Positions 20,893 to 33,600 of a stretch of 64,000 nucleotides of DNA are shown piece by piece. A program made the translations under genes and the position numbers. The notes below the pieces were generated by a model. The model worked only from the letters and a program-made list of their open reading frames with translations. It was not told where the DNA came from and did not search any database. This DNA comes from an uncultured Acidobacteriota bacterium (GTDB taxonomy: Bacteria > Acidobacteriota > UBA6911), in assembly GCA_963827655.1 (NCBI GenBank), contig CAWHCF010000022.1, positions 64,001-128,000 on the forward strand, given 5' to 3'. Each line of letters opens with the position of its first letter. The stretch's first letter is position 1.

Positions 20893-23800
20893 ATGAAAAA
20901 CTCCGGCGGTCAGAAGCGAGGTCTGACGTCGAGAATGGTCTTGGGGACTCTGGTCATTTTCGTGACGTCAGTATGGCTATACTCCTCGGGAGATGTTTTC
21001 TACCTGGAAGCCGACCCGATGGCGGTCGATGCGCTACCCGGGCACCTGGTCACAGTCAGTCTGGCTCGGCCCGCGTCGACGCTTGAAGTCGATCTCGTCG
21101 TCAGGCTCGAGAGCCTGAATCCCGAGATCGCACTGGTTCCAGAGAGTGTCGTCATCCCTAGAGGCGCGACCAGTAGCCAGATCCCGGTGGCACCCCTGCG
21201 ATCAGGTACCGCCAATATCAGGGCCAGCGCCGAACTTTTCGGCGATGTGGTATTCACCATCAATGTTCTCGATGGTCCAGGCCCTCTCGAACAGGTCAAC
21301 CCTGAGACCATCCGGCTCAGGCTGGCCCGCGGAGAGACGGCCATGGTGCCGGTGTCGGTTCAGGTTCCCCCTGATACCATTCCTACCGTCGTGGATCTGG
21401 TATTTGCCGTCGACGGCCGAGCAAGCTTTACCGACGCCGTCACCAGACTGCAAGGGGCTGTTCCTGTACATCGTTTCTACCCTGAGAAGCACGTATCCGC
21501 GGATCAGTTTTTCTTTTGCGGTCACAAAGTTTCTGGACTACGGCGGCCCAGGCAAGATCTTCCATCGGGTCATAATTCCGGGCCCCGAAGGCGATTTTGA
21601 GCGCCCGTTCGCACTGATCGCCCCCGCAATGTCGGTGGAGACCACCGCCGGCGTCACGGCCCTCGCAGACGCCATAGGCGTTACGCTTCCCGGCGCTAGT
21701 GAGGCAAGCGCTTTCGCGAGCTACCTGGAAGCCCTGGTACAGATCGCGCAAGGGGCGGGTTTCGATGGAAACGACAATGGTTCCCGAACCGAAAGCGGTC
21801 CGGCAGGAGTTGCCGGAAGCGCCACCGCGCCCACAACACCCGGCTATCTCAACCCGGGAGCCAGCGGCGACGTGCCGCCATTCTCGACCAAGCCTGCGTC
21901 GGTTCCCAGCGCGGGAACTCTGGGCGGAGTCGGCTTCAGGGCGGGTTCTCAAAAGATCGTGTTGCTCGCAACCAACACCTATCCCGTTTCCCCTATCGCC
22001 CGGGGCCAGGGAGCCCCCGACGTCATTACGGGAGTCGGGGGAATCGAAGTCCCCAGCTCGGTTTTCCAGGAAGTGCAGACTTTTCCTCTTCTCGGTGTAT
22101 TTCAGAGTCAGAGATATGGGCCGGAGAGTGCGTCCGCGTCGGTGGCCGACCCAGTCAACTCCGTTGCGCCCAAGGGGGGCGCTACACTGCTCAACGTGTT
22201 TGACGTTCTCGCCGACATGAATATCGAGGTCGTATCGTTCTTCCAGATAAGCGAGCCCGCGCCACGCGGGTTAATCGACCCCAAGAATGTCCTGAGCGCC
22301 ATCGCGCAACTCACCGGCGCGCTCGACAGCAACCGCGTCCCTTTGACCTTCGAATTGATCGGCGGCAATGCTAGTCAGGTCGCGAATCAGATCGTGGAAG
22401 CGATCAGGCCCTTGCTGACCGGCCCCAAGAGAGTGACCCTGCGGGCCGTGGGCAATGACGAGAACTTTGGATTTGACTTTGCTCCTCAGGATGTAACGGT
22501 TCCGCCCGGAGGACAGGCCCAGTTCGTGACCAGGATTACGGGAACCGGCGAGGCCGGCATGTTTGAAATCCACTTCGTGACCGAAGACGGGGCCGTGATC
22601 GGACGAATTCCGGTCTCGATCAATCAAGATGATGGTGGCGCTCCCGTGATCACCGGGATCAATCCATCGGCAGGGCCGGCCGGCACTCCGGTAACGATCA
22701 CGGGCACCGGCTTTTCTACCACTGCTTCGGAGATCCAGATAAGATTCGGCGACGTCCCGGCGCAGGTCACTTCGTCGACGCTGACCACCATCCAGACGGC
22801 CGTCCCGGCAGGAATGGTGGCAGGACCGGTCAACGTCGTCGTGACCGTCAGGGGCATGGCCAGCAATCCCTTCCCGTTCACGGTCCAGCACCGGATCACC
22901 TCGTTCACTCCCACGACCGGGCCCCCCGGCACGCCCTTCGTCATCCAGGGTACCGGGTTTGCGCCGACGGTCGGGGGCAATACCGTCACGTTCGGAACCG
23001 CGGCGGCAACCATAACCGCGGCCACCAATACTGAGATTCGCGGAACCGTGCCCAACCTGGCCGCGGGTCCCTATCCGGTGCGGGTAACGACCAATGGGGT
23101 AACCACCGACGTCGGGACCTTCACGGTCATTCTCATGCCGGTACTCGCCAACATTGTTCCGGACCGCGGCCCGGGCGGTACACCGTTCGCCATAACCGGC
23201 ACGGGGTTCTCCACCACGGTGGCCCAGAACACGATCACATTCACCGACACCCAGACCGGCGCGACCGCCAACGCAACCGTGACTTCGGCGACGGCTACCC
23301 AGTTGGAAGGCACGGTTCCAGTCCAGCTGGTCGCAGGCCCACACACCGTGAGAGTCACGGTCGTCGGCGGCCAACCGAGCTTGCCCTTGAATTTCACGGT
23401 GACGCCCCTGATAACCGCAGTCACTCCGGCAACGGCCGTTATTCTTCAGCAATTGCAGATCAGCGGCACGGGCTTCTCGCCCACGCTATCGGATAATGTG
23501 GTGACGCTCAACGGGCGCGCCGCCGTGGTCCTTCCGGCTTCGAGCGCTTCCACATTGGTGGTGATCGTGCCGCTGCGGCACTTCCGGCGCTGGAATCGAC
23601 GTGGTCGTGACGACGCGAGGAATCGCATCCAACACTTTCCGCGTTGCGCTGAGCCAGGTTCCTGGGATTCAAACTGTTTCCGGAATCTTCGAGACGCGCG
23701 AGAGGCTGGTTATTAGAATTACCGGCTTCCACGCGACCGGTAACCTCGCAAGCGCGGCGATTGTCATCCGGGACGGCGAACAACAGGTCCTTGCATTCCT

Positions 23801-23981
23801 CCCCGCCGTCACCCTCCCGACTGGCCAGACGGAGTTCAACCTCAGTGTGCCATTTGATAATGCAAATCATTTCACGGCTGCGATGACCGTAACTGTACAG
23901 ATCAGGGATACGGCCGGAAACGTAAGCCCCCTCGTTACCGGGCGGATCATCAATCCCGATATCAGGGGGAGCGTGCCATAG
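20893..23981 (+). CDS. Large exported protein: Ig-like domain, integrin-beta-like hybrid/vWA module, four IPT/TIG domains; apparent frameshifts near 21455 and 23575
   Basis: N-terminal hydrophobic segment; VDLVFAVDGRASF...KIVLLATN vWA strands; repeats of PxITxxxPxxGPxGTxxxIxGTGF. Confidence 0.75.
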
Positions 23982-24076
23982 CCGTTTTAGAAACCTGGAG
24001 CCAGTGACAAAAGACGAGTGAAACAAAATTGCCATCCTGTCGCTCGTAATTCGCCACTCTAGTGAGGGAAGAGCCT

Positions 24077-25075
24077 ATGAGATCCACAACGAAAACGCGA
24101 GGAGCCTTGGCGCTGTTTCTGCTGGTCAGCTTGGTGCACCTGTGTGCCATTTCCGCCGCCGGAGGAGACCTGAAGAACCTTAGCCGCCCTTCCCTTAAAC
24201 CAGTTCTTCCTGAGCACATGACGCAGACTGCGCGATTGCCGCTTGCTGCGCAGCCTCTCGGAGTGGCCGCGACTATCGGAACTGTCGCGTGGACAAATCT
24301 GCAGCAAGCCACCCCCTCGTGGATCTGCACGACCGGCGGCAACTCGAGCGTCTCGCTCGATCTCAAAACGGGCGGGAGAGTATCGATACTGGAACGCAGC
24401 CGAGTCAACCTGCAGTTCCCGGAGGGCGATCCGGTGCTGACCCTGCTCGGCGGCTCGCTCCACCTCTCAGGATCGGAAGGCAACCGAGTTCGCATTCAGA
24501 CTTATGACGGAGTCTATCTACTCGAGTCGATGAGGCCTTACCAGACGCGGGTTTCCTGGCGCGCCGGACAGTTGGCCTTGAGCGGCGATTCCATCCGGAA
24601 GCTGGAGAATGAACGCTTGAGCGCGGCGGACCTGGGCTTGGAAATCCGTCCGGAAAATCCAAGTCTCGTGCTTTCGAGTGGAAAACCTCATCCGGTCGGG
24701 GCCGTAGTGACGGACGCCGCCGGACAGCCGCTCGCCGACGTTCCGATTCTATTCTCATCAAACTCCCAGTCAAACTCCCAGAACGATACCGCTTTCGAGT
24801 CTCATTTTCAGGGAGCCCGTCGGTAACCGCTCTGACCGATGAGAAGGGGGTCGCTGTGTCCAAAGTGACCGTGATCGGACACAATGGGTTTGGGAGCCAT
24901 CTTCGCAACCATCCCGGGAACGACCGCCACCGCAGCGCTGCCGGCCGATGTGAATCCCACGTCCAAGGGGGGAAAGGTCGCCGCGTGGCTGGTGTTTGCG
25001 GGGATTGTCGCGGTAAGCATCTTTTTTATACTGGATGCCGTCGACGAAGACGACCCTGTGCTGGAGCCTCGTTGA
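24077..25075 (+). CDS. Exported protein with FecR-like beta region, Big_1-like Ig domain and C-terminal TM; apparent frameshifts at 24800-24890
   Basis: Signal peptide; VTDAAGQPLADVPILF...TDEKGVA; C-terminal WLVFAGIVAVSIFFIL. Confidence 0.5.
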
Positions 25076-25132
25076 TCAAGAAGGTACCCTGACGCGTTTT
25101 CGACATATTCAAACTTGCGGAGGTGCCGAATC

Positions 25133-27276
25133 ATGGTAAGGAAATCGAGTTCAACCTTAGCCGCAGTCATTGCAGTTCTTCTCCTGGCCGGAACTTCGCA
25201 TGCCCAGCAGACCGAGAAGAGACTGAGACTGAAGGCGGGCAGTGTTGATGGCACCACAGGTTTGTTCACGCACCTGGGACGCAGAGACGTTTAGAAAGGG
25301 TGAGTTTGACTTTTCGTTCGCCTGGGATCGCTACCATCGCGATCCGGGCATGTTGCGCTTCGATAATATCCCCTGGGGCTTCGCAGTTGGATTGGGCGAC
25401 CGGGTCGAGTTCTTCGGCTCGTATGAGGTCATGCGGCGCGTGAGAGCGTCCAACATCCGGGAGTATCGAGTCCTTCCGGACGCCCTTCCCGTGCCATCCT
25501 GGTCTCCGATGGGAGCGGCGCGATTCACCAACGAAGCCGCATTTATCGATGTTCCCGCGCTCGACCGCAATGGGAGACTTGCGTCTCGGGGCAAAGTTCA
25601 ACCTCCTTTCCGAGCGGCACTATGACGGCATCGGCCTGGCTGCTGTAACCTTCGTGAAAGTTCCATTCCTGGACTCGCCCACTCAGTTGAACCGGGGACT
25701 CGGCACCGGTGAGTGGGAAGGGGGCTGGGGGCTGCTCTTTTCAAAGAGAGCCGGTCGTGGCGCGGTATTTCACCTGAATTCAATGATCAACTGGGTGAGA
25801 GATCCCGAGCTGGAAGGGATTCAACTCGCTGACCTCCAGCCCGAGTTCTGGTTCCGCGCCGGCGCAGCCTTTCCAAGTTTATTCGAGTGCGGTCGGACAC
25901 GGGGTGCTCAATTTATTGCGGAGCTCGATAGCAAGATACACTTCGGCTCTCGAACATTCGGCGCCAATCCGCGCGATCCGATGGATCTTATTCTCGGAGT
26001 AAGGGGCTACCCGACCGAATGGATGAGTATCGGTGGAGCCTACCGCTACAGTCTCAACAAGCTGGATGACAACGCCGCTCTGGGAATCGAGGGTCGCGGA
26101 AAACACGGCTTCATAGCCCAGTTGACCTTTGGCAAGCGCTCCAACGATCCACCTACGGCTACATGCTCCGTCACAAATGCCACGATCAAGGAGGATGAAA
26201 CCACGACGGTGCGAGTCAGCGCCCTCGATCCCGATTGTGATCCTTTGACCTATACCTGGACGACGACCGGTGGCAAAGTAACCGGCACAGGCGATACGGT
26301 CACGTTCGACGCCACAGGCGTCCCGCCGGGCAAATACACGGTTACGGCTTCGGTTACTGACGGAAGGCACCCCCCCGTTACCTGCAGCTCCGAGATTACA
26401 GTCATAATGAAGAATCGCCCGCCCACCGTGGAGTGCGATCCCAAGGACCTCACGATCACGATTCCTGAGACCGGCAAGATCACGGCCAAGGCTACCGATC
26501 CCAACAACGATAAGTTGACCTACAGGTGGACGGTCGACGGCCAGCCGCTGGCGGCGGATACGGCGACCATCGAGTTCGGTTCGGAAGGCCGGAAGCCCGG
26601 CACCTATAAGGTAGCGGTAACGGTCAGCGATGGCGAACTGACTGCGGAGTGCTCGGTCACGGTCACGGTCCGCGAGCGACCCAACCGTCCGCCCACGATC
26701 GAGTGCCTGACCACGAGTGTCGATGTGGCTTCGGGCGGAACCGCGGAGCTGAGAGTGCGAACCGCGGATCCGGATAATGACAAGGTCACCGTGACCTGGT
26801 CGGCCACGGGCGGCACCGTCAGTGGAGCCGGCGACACCGCGACCTTCAACTCGACCGGGCTGAGAGCCGGAATCTACACGGTGACGGCAACGGTCGACGA
26901 TGGCCGCGGCGGACGCGCTTCGTGCAACATGACCGTCAATGTCGGCGAGCGTATCACGCTGCCGTGCGGCTTCCGTGCTGGCAGAGCGCGCCTGGATAAC
27001 AAGTGCAAGGCTGCTCTGGACGACATCGCCGTGCGCATGCAGAACGATACCCGTCTGCGCGCTCACATCATCGGCTACACGGATGACAGCCGGGGCGATA
27101 AGGGCCTTGGGATCAAGCGCGCTGAGGCGACGGCCGATTATCTCAGGAAGAAGCAAATCGACGGCTCACGCCTGACCACCAGCGATGGCGGCACATCCAA
27201 GCCAGTCGCCGACAACAAGTCGACTGCAGGACGCGCGGCCAATCGCCGCGTCGAAATCGAGTTCAGCGCGAAGTGA
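25133..27276 (+). CDS. OmpA-family outer-membrane protein with three Cys-paired PKD/Ig-like repeats; apparent frameshifts near 25265 and 25560
   Basis: GGAGG + signal MVRKSSSTLAAVIAVLLLAGTSHA; three NxPPTxxC..DPD/N..TYxW repeats; IIGYTD...KRAEA...NRRVEI. Confidence 0.85.
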
Positions 27277-27287
27277 CGCTCTCTGAC

Positions 27288-27329
27288 TCTTCGCGTCCTG
27301 GCGGGGTTGACCCCGCCAGGACGCGAAGA
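27288..27329. terminator. Perfect 19-bp-arm hairpin between convergent genes (also a nonamer-family repeat)
   Basis: tcttcgcgtcctggcgggg-ttga-ccccgccaggacgcgaaga. Confidence 0.7.
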
Positions 27330-27345
27330 CGCGAGGAGGGTGTTG

Positions 27346-28603
27346 TTACGCGGTTTTCCCTGCCGATCTGGGCGTCGCCCAGTGCTGCCGGTACTCGCGC
27401 CGGGTAAGGCGCCCGGCCTCTTCATCAGCGATTACGCTTTCGGTGCGAGGATCAAACTTCAGGACGCCGCCCGGTCCGGGCCACGATATTTCCCAGATGA
27501 GCGTGCAGCGTCGAGACATGCCCGATCTCGATTTCGGCGTTGGGCGCCTTGCGGTTGCGGATGCAATCGATGAAGTTTCTGGCATGAGTGTCGGGCGTCT
27601 CTTCTTCGGTTAGCACAAGCTTTCCCTTCGCGTCGAACACCTTGAAGCCGCGCCCGAGATGGACCATCCCCTCGGTGCCATAGACGGCGACGCCGTTCTC
27701 GATTCCGTCCATCCCATAGGGATTCCAGATCCGCATTTCAAACATCATCACCTTGTCCGGGTAATTGAAGGTGATGCTCATCGTGTCCGGAGTCTGCTGG
27801 TCGTCATCGAAAAACAGCTTCCTTCCCATTCCCGTGACCTCGGTCGGATAGTCCACTCCAAGCGCCCAGCGCGCGATATCGAGCTGGTGGACGCCGTCGT
27901 TGCCTATATCCCCGGTGCCGTAGTTCCAGTGCCAGTGCCACTGATAGTGGTAACGATTCTCGTTAAACGGCAGCATCAAAGCCGGACCGGTCCACGTATC
28001 GTAATCCACGCCTTTGGGAACCGGGCCGTCCTTCTTGCGTCCGATGTTTTCCCTGAGCTGCACGTTCCAGGCCTTGGCCATCAGGACCTTGCCGATCTTC
28101 CCGGACTGGATGTACTCGATGCCCTGCCGGGTCGATGACCGGCTTCTGGCTTGAGTACCGTGTTGAACAATTCGCTTGGAGCGCCGTGCGGCCTCCACCA
28201 TCATGCGTCCTTCCCGGAGGTTGTGCGCCGCCGGCTTCTCCACATAGACATCCTTGCCGGCATCGCAAGCAAGAATCGTGGCCGGGGCGTGCCAGTGATC
28301 GGGCGTGGCCATGACGATCGCATCTACGGATTTGTCGTCGAGCGCCCGGCGTATGTCGCCGATCAGCTTGGGTTGAAATCCCTTCGCCTGCGCGATCTTC
28401 AATGCCGGCCCAAACACGTTTTCGTCCACGTCGCAGAGGTAAGCGATCCGGGCGTCGGGAAGTTCGGCAAAGTTTGTCGTGAGGGCTCTTCCCCGACCGC
28501 GCACACCCATTACGGCAAGATTGACCTTGTCACTGGCGGGCATGCTATGTCTCATGGCGAGCGCGCCCGCGGCCACCGATTGGATGAAGTAACGCCGGTT
28601 CAT
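27346..28603 (-). CDS. Gfo/Idh/MocA oxidoreductase with Tat signal; apparent frameshift near 27460
   Basis: MNRRYFIQ; GVRGRG; ATPDHWH; YVEKP; GVHQLD; tail LTRREYRQHW in next frame. Confidence 0.9.
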
Positions 28604-28656
28604 AACAACCTCCCCTACTTAGCGTTTCTTGGTGTCTTCGTGTCTTGGTGGTTGTT

Positions 28657-30408
28657 TTACAGTTTCCCGCCGCTCCCCTTGACTGCGCGCGCGCCCTGGT
28701 TATCGCGTTGCGGTGGGTGATCGAGGTTGGCGACGCGGGCGCCGATTTCATAACCAAACTGCCCGATTCGCGCCATCTTTTCGTAGTTGATTTTCTCCGC
28801 GCTGTCGGTGTTGGTGTGGTAGTCGGAATGCAACCCGGTAGTCAAAAAAACGATCGGAATGCCTTTCGCAGCATAGCTGTAGTGGTCGCTGCGATAATAA
28901 ACCTGCTGTAAATCGGTCGGGTTGTTCAGCTCAAAATCAAGTTTTAGCGGCTTATCCAGCGATTCATTCGCGCTCACCGTAATGTTGTGAAGCTCGGTGC
29001 TGATGCGATCGGAGCCCACGAGGTAAATGGTGTTGGCTTCGTCCCCCTTGTCGTCGCGGTTCCGCCCCACCATGTCCATGTTGATGTGCGCAACGATGCG
29101 CTCAATCGGAACGGTGGGGTGATCCGCGAAGAAGCGCGAGCCCCAAAGCCCGCGTTCCTCGCCCGAGTGCCACACAAACAGCAGGGATCGCCGCGGCCGC
29201 GGCCCGAGTGCGAACGCCTTGGCCGCAGCCAGAATTGTTACCGTACCCGACCCATCGTCGTCGGCGCCGTTCCAGATGCGGTCGTCCCTGGCATCCTCGT
29301 TCACGCGCCCGCGCGGTTCGGCGCGCCGCTGGCCACCCGAAGTCTCGACCAGCTCCCCCTCCGAGTACCCTACATGATCGTAATGCGCCCCGAATGCCAC
29401 ATACGTGTCTTTCAGCTTCGGGTCGGTCCCCTCGACAATTCCGACGACGTTGCGGGTGAATTGAGTCCGTACGATCTTGTACTCCGCATCGAGATTGATG
29501 GTGATGGTCGTATTCTTGAAGGAGAACCCGGGAAGAGGCTCTCTGCGATTTACTTTTCCCTTCAAGTCGTCATAGTTCACATCTTGATTCTGAAACAGGA
29601 ACTTGAAGAAATCCTCCTGGGCTGAAACCGCAGGCGGGATGGGCGCGTCCAGTCGCTGGGCGGTGGTGAAGTCCGGACGCTCAATCGGCGGGCCGCCAGA
29701 GCCGCCCCGGCGCGAGTTTGACGAGGTTTCGGCAGGATCCGGCGACTCGGTATCGACAGGTCGCTCGTTGGGCGAGCGGGTCTCGGTTCGTCTGTTTCCG
29801 AGAACCGGCCCAATGCTGGCTAATGCGCCTTCCTGTTCGATCGCGTAGCGCGAACGGCTCGAGAGTGCCGAACGGTATTCTCGATCCACTTCCCGTGGGC
29901 CCTCCGGTCCCAGCCAGACTACGATCTTTCCCTTTTCGCTCTTGCCGGCATAATCGTTGTGCCCGACCAGCGGCGCGTTCAGTCCGTAGCCGACGAACTC
30001 GATCTGATCCGAAGAGAAGATTCGCTTGGCGCCGACATTTCTGGCAAAAATGACACCGTCGCCATTCTTGAATGTTCGGGTTTGGCCCCTGGTGCTAACC
30101 GTGATGGTCGAATGATTGTTGCTCTTGACGCCCAGGACACGAACCCTTTGAAAGTAAGATCCCCCATCTCCGCCCGGTCGCACCCCCCATGTCTTCATCT
30201 GGGCCGCAATATAAGCAGCGGCCAGCCCGAGCCCCTCGGAAAAAGTGCTCCTCCCTTCGAGCTCGTCCGAAGACAGGTAGGTCAACCATTCCCGCATTTC
30301 ATCCGTCTTGATCAGGTTTCGCCCGCCGTTCGCCGCAGGGTTGGCCAGAATAAAGGTCGCAATCAAAACCAATTGAGCGCAGATGGCGGTTGTTCGGCGA
30401 AAACTCAT
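28657..30408 (-). CDS. M28-family metallopeptidase with PA domain
   Basis: GAHYDH; NGADDDGSG; SGEERGL; NMDMVGR; RSDHY; DYH. Confidence 0.9.
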   Translation of the reverse strand: MSFRRTTAICAQLVLIATFILANPAANGGRNLIKTDEMREWLTYLSSDELEGRSTFSEGLGLAAAYIAAQMKTWGVRPGGDGGSYFQRVRVLGVKSNNHSTITVSTRGQTRTFKNGDGVIFARNVGAKRIFSSDQIEFVGYGLNAPLVGHNDYAGKSEKGKIVVWLGPEGPREVDREYRSALSSRSRYAIEQEGALASIGPVLGNRRTETRSPNERPVDTESPDPAETSSNSRRGGSGGPPIERPDFTTAQRLDAPIPPAVSAQEDFFKFLFQNQDVNYDDLKGKVNRREPLPGFSFKNTTITINLDAEYKIVRTQFTRNVVGIVEGTDPKLKDTYVAFGAHYDHVGYSEGELVETSGGQRRAEPRGRVNEDARDDRIWNGADDDGSGTVTILAAAKAFALGPRPRRSLLFVWHSGEERGLWGSRFFADHPTVPIERIVAHINMDMVGRNRDDKGDEANTIYLVGSDRISTELHNITVSANESLDKPLKLDFELNNPTDLQQVYYRSDHYSYAAKGIPIVFLTTGLHSDYHTNTDSAEKINYEKMARIGQFGYEIGARVANLDHPPQRDNQGARAVKGSGGKL

Positions 30409-30595
30409 GCTTTCTCCCTTCTTTCTGTGTCTCTTGTCAGGGAAAAAACTACCACAAAGGCGCAAAGACGCGAAGGCATCGCGCTGAAACCGCGGCCACT
30501 CAGAAATCACACTTTGGCTTCGGAATCTAGAATCCCGGCTCTGCCTCGAAAGCTTCATGTGGATCGTTCTCGAAAATTCTGTGTTGACCTCCATC

Positions 30596-30686
30596 AGGAT
30601 TCAGGATCTAAGATTCAGGTCGTTTGCTACGCAAACAATTGCTGAGTCCCTAAATCCTAGATCCTAAATCCTAAATCCTGAATCCT
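30596..30686. repeat. Inverted pair of heptamer tandem arrays (AGGATTC / CCTAAAT)
   Basis: aggattc-aggatct-aagattc-agg facing cctaaat-cctagat-cctaaat-cctaaat-cctgaat-cct; abuts the TBDR stop codon. Confidence 0.8.
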
Positions 30687-33600
30687 AGAACACGATCTTG
30701 AGCTGCATGTGGATCGTTCTCGGAAGATTCTGTTGCACCAGGTTGAGCTGTCCCAGGCTCGACGATGTCGGCGATGTCGTGGCCAGACCGACGAACCAGG
30801 GATGGTTGAATACATTGATCATCTCAGTTCGGAACTGGATCTTTGCGCCTTCGGTCACAATGAAGTCTTTGAAGATCGAAAAGCTCACGTCGTATCGGGT
30901 AGGAAACTTTACGTCGGGGAAGATAGTGGGGAAATCACGCAACGTGTTCGGTGTCGGACTCCTGAAGATCGTGTTATCGAACCATCTCAACAAGGTCCTC
31001 TCGCTGGAGTCGAGCTTGGCGCTTTGCTCCACGGTCTTGGGTCCGGCGGGATGGTCGACCGGAAATCCGGAGAATATCTCCGAGTACCAATTCAGCTGCC
31101 ATCCTCCCAGCACCTGATGGGTCCATCCCGGAACATCCGATAGCCAACGCGCCCCTCTTCCGAAAGGAAGGCTCCAATACCCAGCCAGCGTGAACCGCTG
31201 CGGAGTATCCAATTCCCGCGCCAGTCTTCGTTCCAATCTCGACTGGTCGGGATCTGCCGGATTAAAGTCCTGCGGGTTCAGGAAATTGATCTCCTCCAGA
31301 GTCTTGGAAAGGGCGTAGCTGGCCACGACGCTGAAGCCCTGTGAAAAGCGTCTTATGACCTTGGCTTGCAGGGCGTGGTAGGAAGAATTTCCGATCGGGA
31401 TGTTGTTCAGGACGACGCTGGTGTATTGAGGGAACGGCCTGAGGAGAAAACTGCGCTGGATCGTAGGACCGTTCAGTGACGCGTTATCCGGCAGCAACCC
31501 GGCAAGCGGATTGGGAATTCTTTCAGCGTAGTAGCTATCGGGTTTGCCCAGCTCGGAGGCGGGAAGAACGTTTAACTCAACTCCCACGGGAAGCCGTTGC
31601 GTACGGTTGCCCACATAGGCAATGTCGCCTACCAGGTTCCAGGGAAGCTCGTGTTCGAGATCCAGTGAGAATGTATGTGCGTAGGGAAGGTCGCGGCCCA
31701 GGTAGTTGACCGCAACCCCGAGTCCAAGATTGGTGGCCGTTCCCAGCGAGTTCCCGATAGGTGCCAGCAAGGTTTGTGGAAACGGACTGCTCAGGGTGCC
31801 TCCCGGCTTCCCGAATTCGGTACTGGGGATCACCAGCGTATTGCGAGCGTATCCCTCGGTTCCGCCGGTCGCGCGCTGGCCCAGGTAATACATCCCATAT
31901 CCTCCCCGGACAACCATATGGCGGGTGAGTCGATACGCGGCACCCGCGCGCGGCTGCCAATTGTTGCGGTCCGGTTCAAAAGCCAGGCGCGCCTTCCCTT
32001 CGGTCCCGGCGTAAATAAGGCCGCCGGTCAAGTTCAGACCTGGCGCCTGGATCGGTGCCGGCTGGCCGAAGGCGAAGCCTCGAGTCTGCCGGTCGAAGCG
32101 TTCGCTCGTCGGCGCTTCGTAGTCCCATCGCAACCCGAGATTCACGGTGAGACGTTCGTTGATTTTCCAGTCGTCCTGGAGATAACCGACGTAATAGAGG
32201 TTCTGCCAGGCGAAGGTTTCGTTCTTGGAGACAAACCCTGAACCGGGTAGCCCAGCAGAAACGATGCGTAGGGATCTCCCGAGGTCGTATCGGCCGTACT
32301 GGGGTCGCGCCGGGTCATGTCACGAAGGAAGCTGTAGGAGCCCGTCGTGTTGCCGGGCGAAACGTCAAACCAGCGGTAGACGCGGAACTCGAAGCCCGTC
32401 TTGATCGTGTGCTTTCGCCAGTTCCTGGTAAGATTGGCCTGCGCGCTGTAGGTGTAGTCAGGATTGAGCGTCTCGGGGCGGCTGGCTCCGAATCCCTGAT
32501 AACCGTCCAGATTGAACTGAGGGAAGTGGAAGGGCTGGTTGAACTGAGATACCAGGCTGGACGGGAAACCGATGAGTGTGGGATCGAACCCTGCCCCAAA
32601 GGTTCCGCTGCGGTTGTGCCACTTCAAGGCGCCCACGCGCGCGTTGAAGATGGTCGTTGGATTCAATGTGGAGGTCCAGTCTACAGCGCCGCTCGTGTCA
32701 CCGCGCACCAGAGGTTGGTTGCCGCTGGGCTCGGCCGCGTTAGTGCCCCAGATGATGCCTCGATGTTCATGGAGGATATTGTGGCCATAGCGGACGAAAA
32801 TGTTGTTCTTTGGGTTCATCGCCCAGTCGAGACGACCGATGTACGAGTCGAAATGCTGAATCCAGCGCGAGGGATAAATGTAGTTGTTGGCGCGCTGGGG
32901 GCCGTCTCCCGGTGAGTTAGGGAGGGGATAATAACTCCCTTGAAGGATCTTCAGCGCCACCGGATCCATGCGGCTCGCGGGAATGATATTGTTAGGGAAC
33001 GGATCGCGGACGTATCGCTGGGTGGCGTCGTCAAGCCGGGTCGTCAGCGGATCGTAAATAGCGATCGGTTGTCCGGCGGAGTTCCTGAGGCTGTTGAAAT
33101 CACCGTTGCGGATCTCCGCAATCGGCAGTGTGACCGTTCCGGGATCGGCGGTGCCCTGGCGGATGCTCTCGTAGCTGACCATGAAGAAAAGCTTGTCCCG
33201 CCCGTCGAGAACGCGTGGAATCACAACCGGCCCATCGACCTGCAGCCCATAGGTGTGAATCTTGGCCGATGGCCGGCGAGCCTTGCCCGTCTCGGGATCC
33301 ATCAAGGTTCCCCGGTTCAATTCAAAGGTGTTGGCATTAAGGATGCTGGCCTGTTCGTCGAAGAAGGCCGAGCCATGCAACCTGTTGGTTCCGGTCTTCA
33401 GAGAGATATTGACTACGCCTCCCGAGCTGCGGCCATATTGAGCATCGTAGGTATTGGTCTGGACCTTGAACTCTTGAGTGGCGTCAATCGTGGGGACCAG
33501 CGAAACGCTGCGATCCGAGCGCACGTTGGTGACGCCATCGATCAGGACCTCGTTTTCCCTGGGACGGCCGCCGTTGATCGATATCCCGGAACTGCCGGCT

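Noticed and set aside
24758-24781. 12-bp tandem duplication tcaaactcccag x2
   Set aside because: In-frame, two copies only; trivial slippage or artefact
30409-30594. N-terminal extension of the M28 peptidase ORF
   Set aside because: Reads through repeats and the duplicated TBDR end; ATG 30408 has RBS and signal peptide
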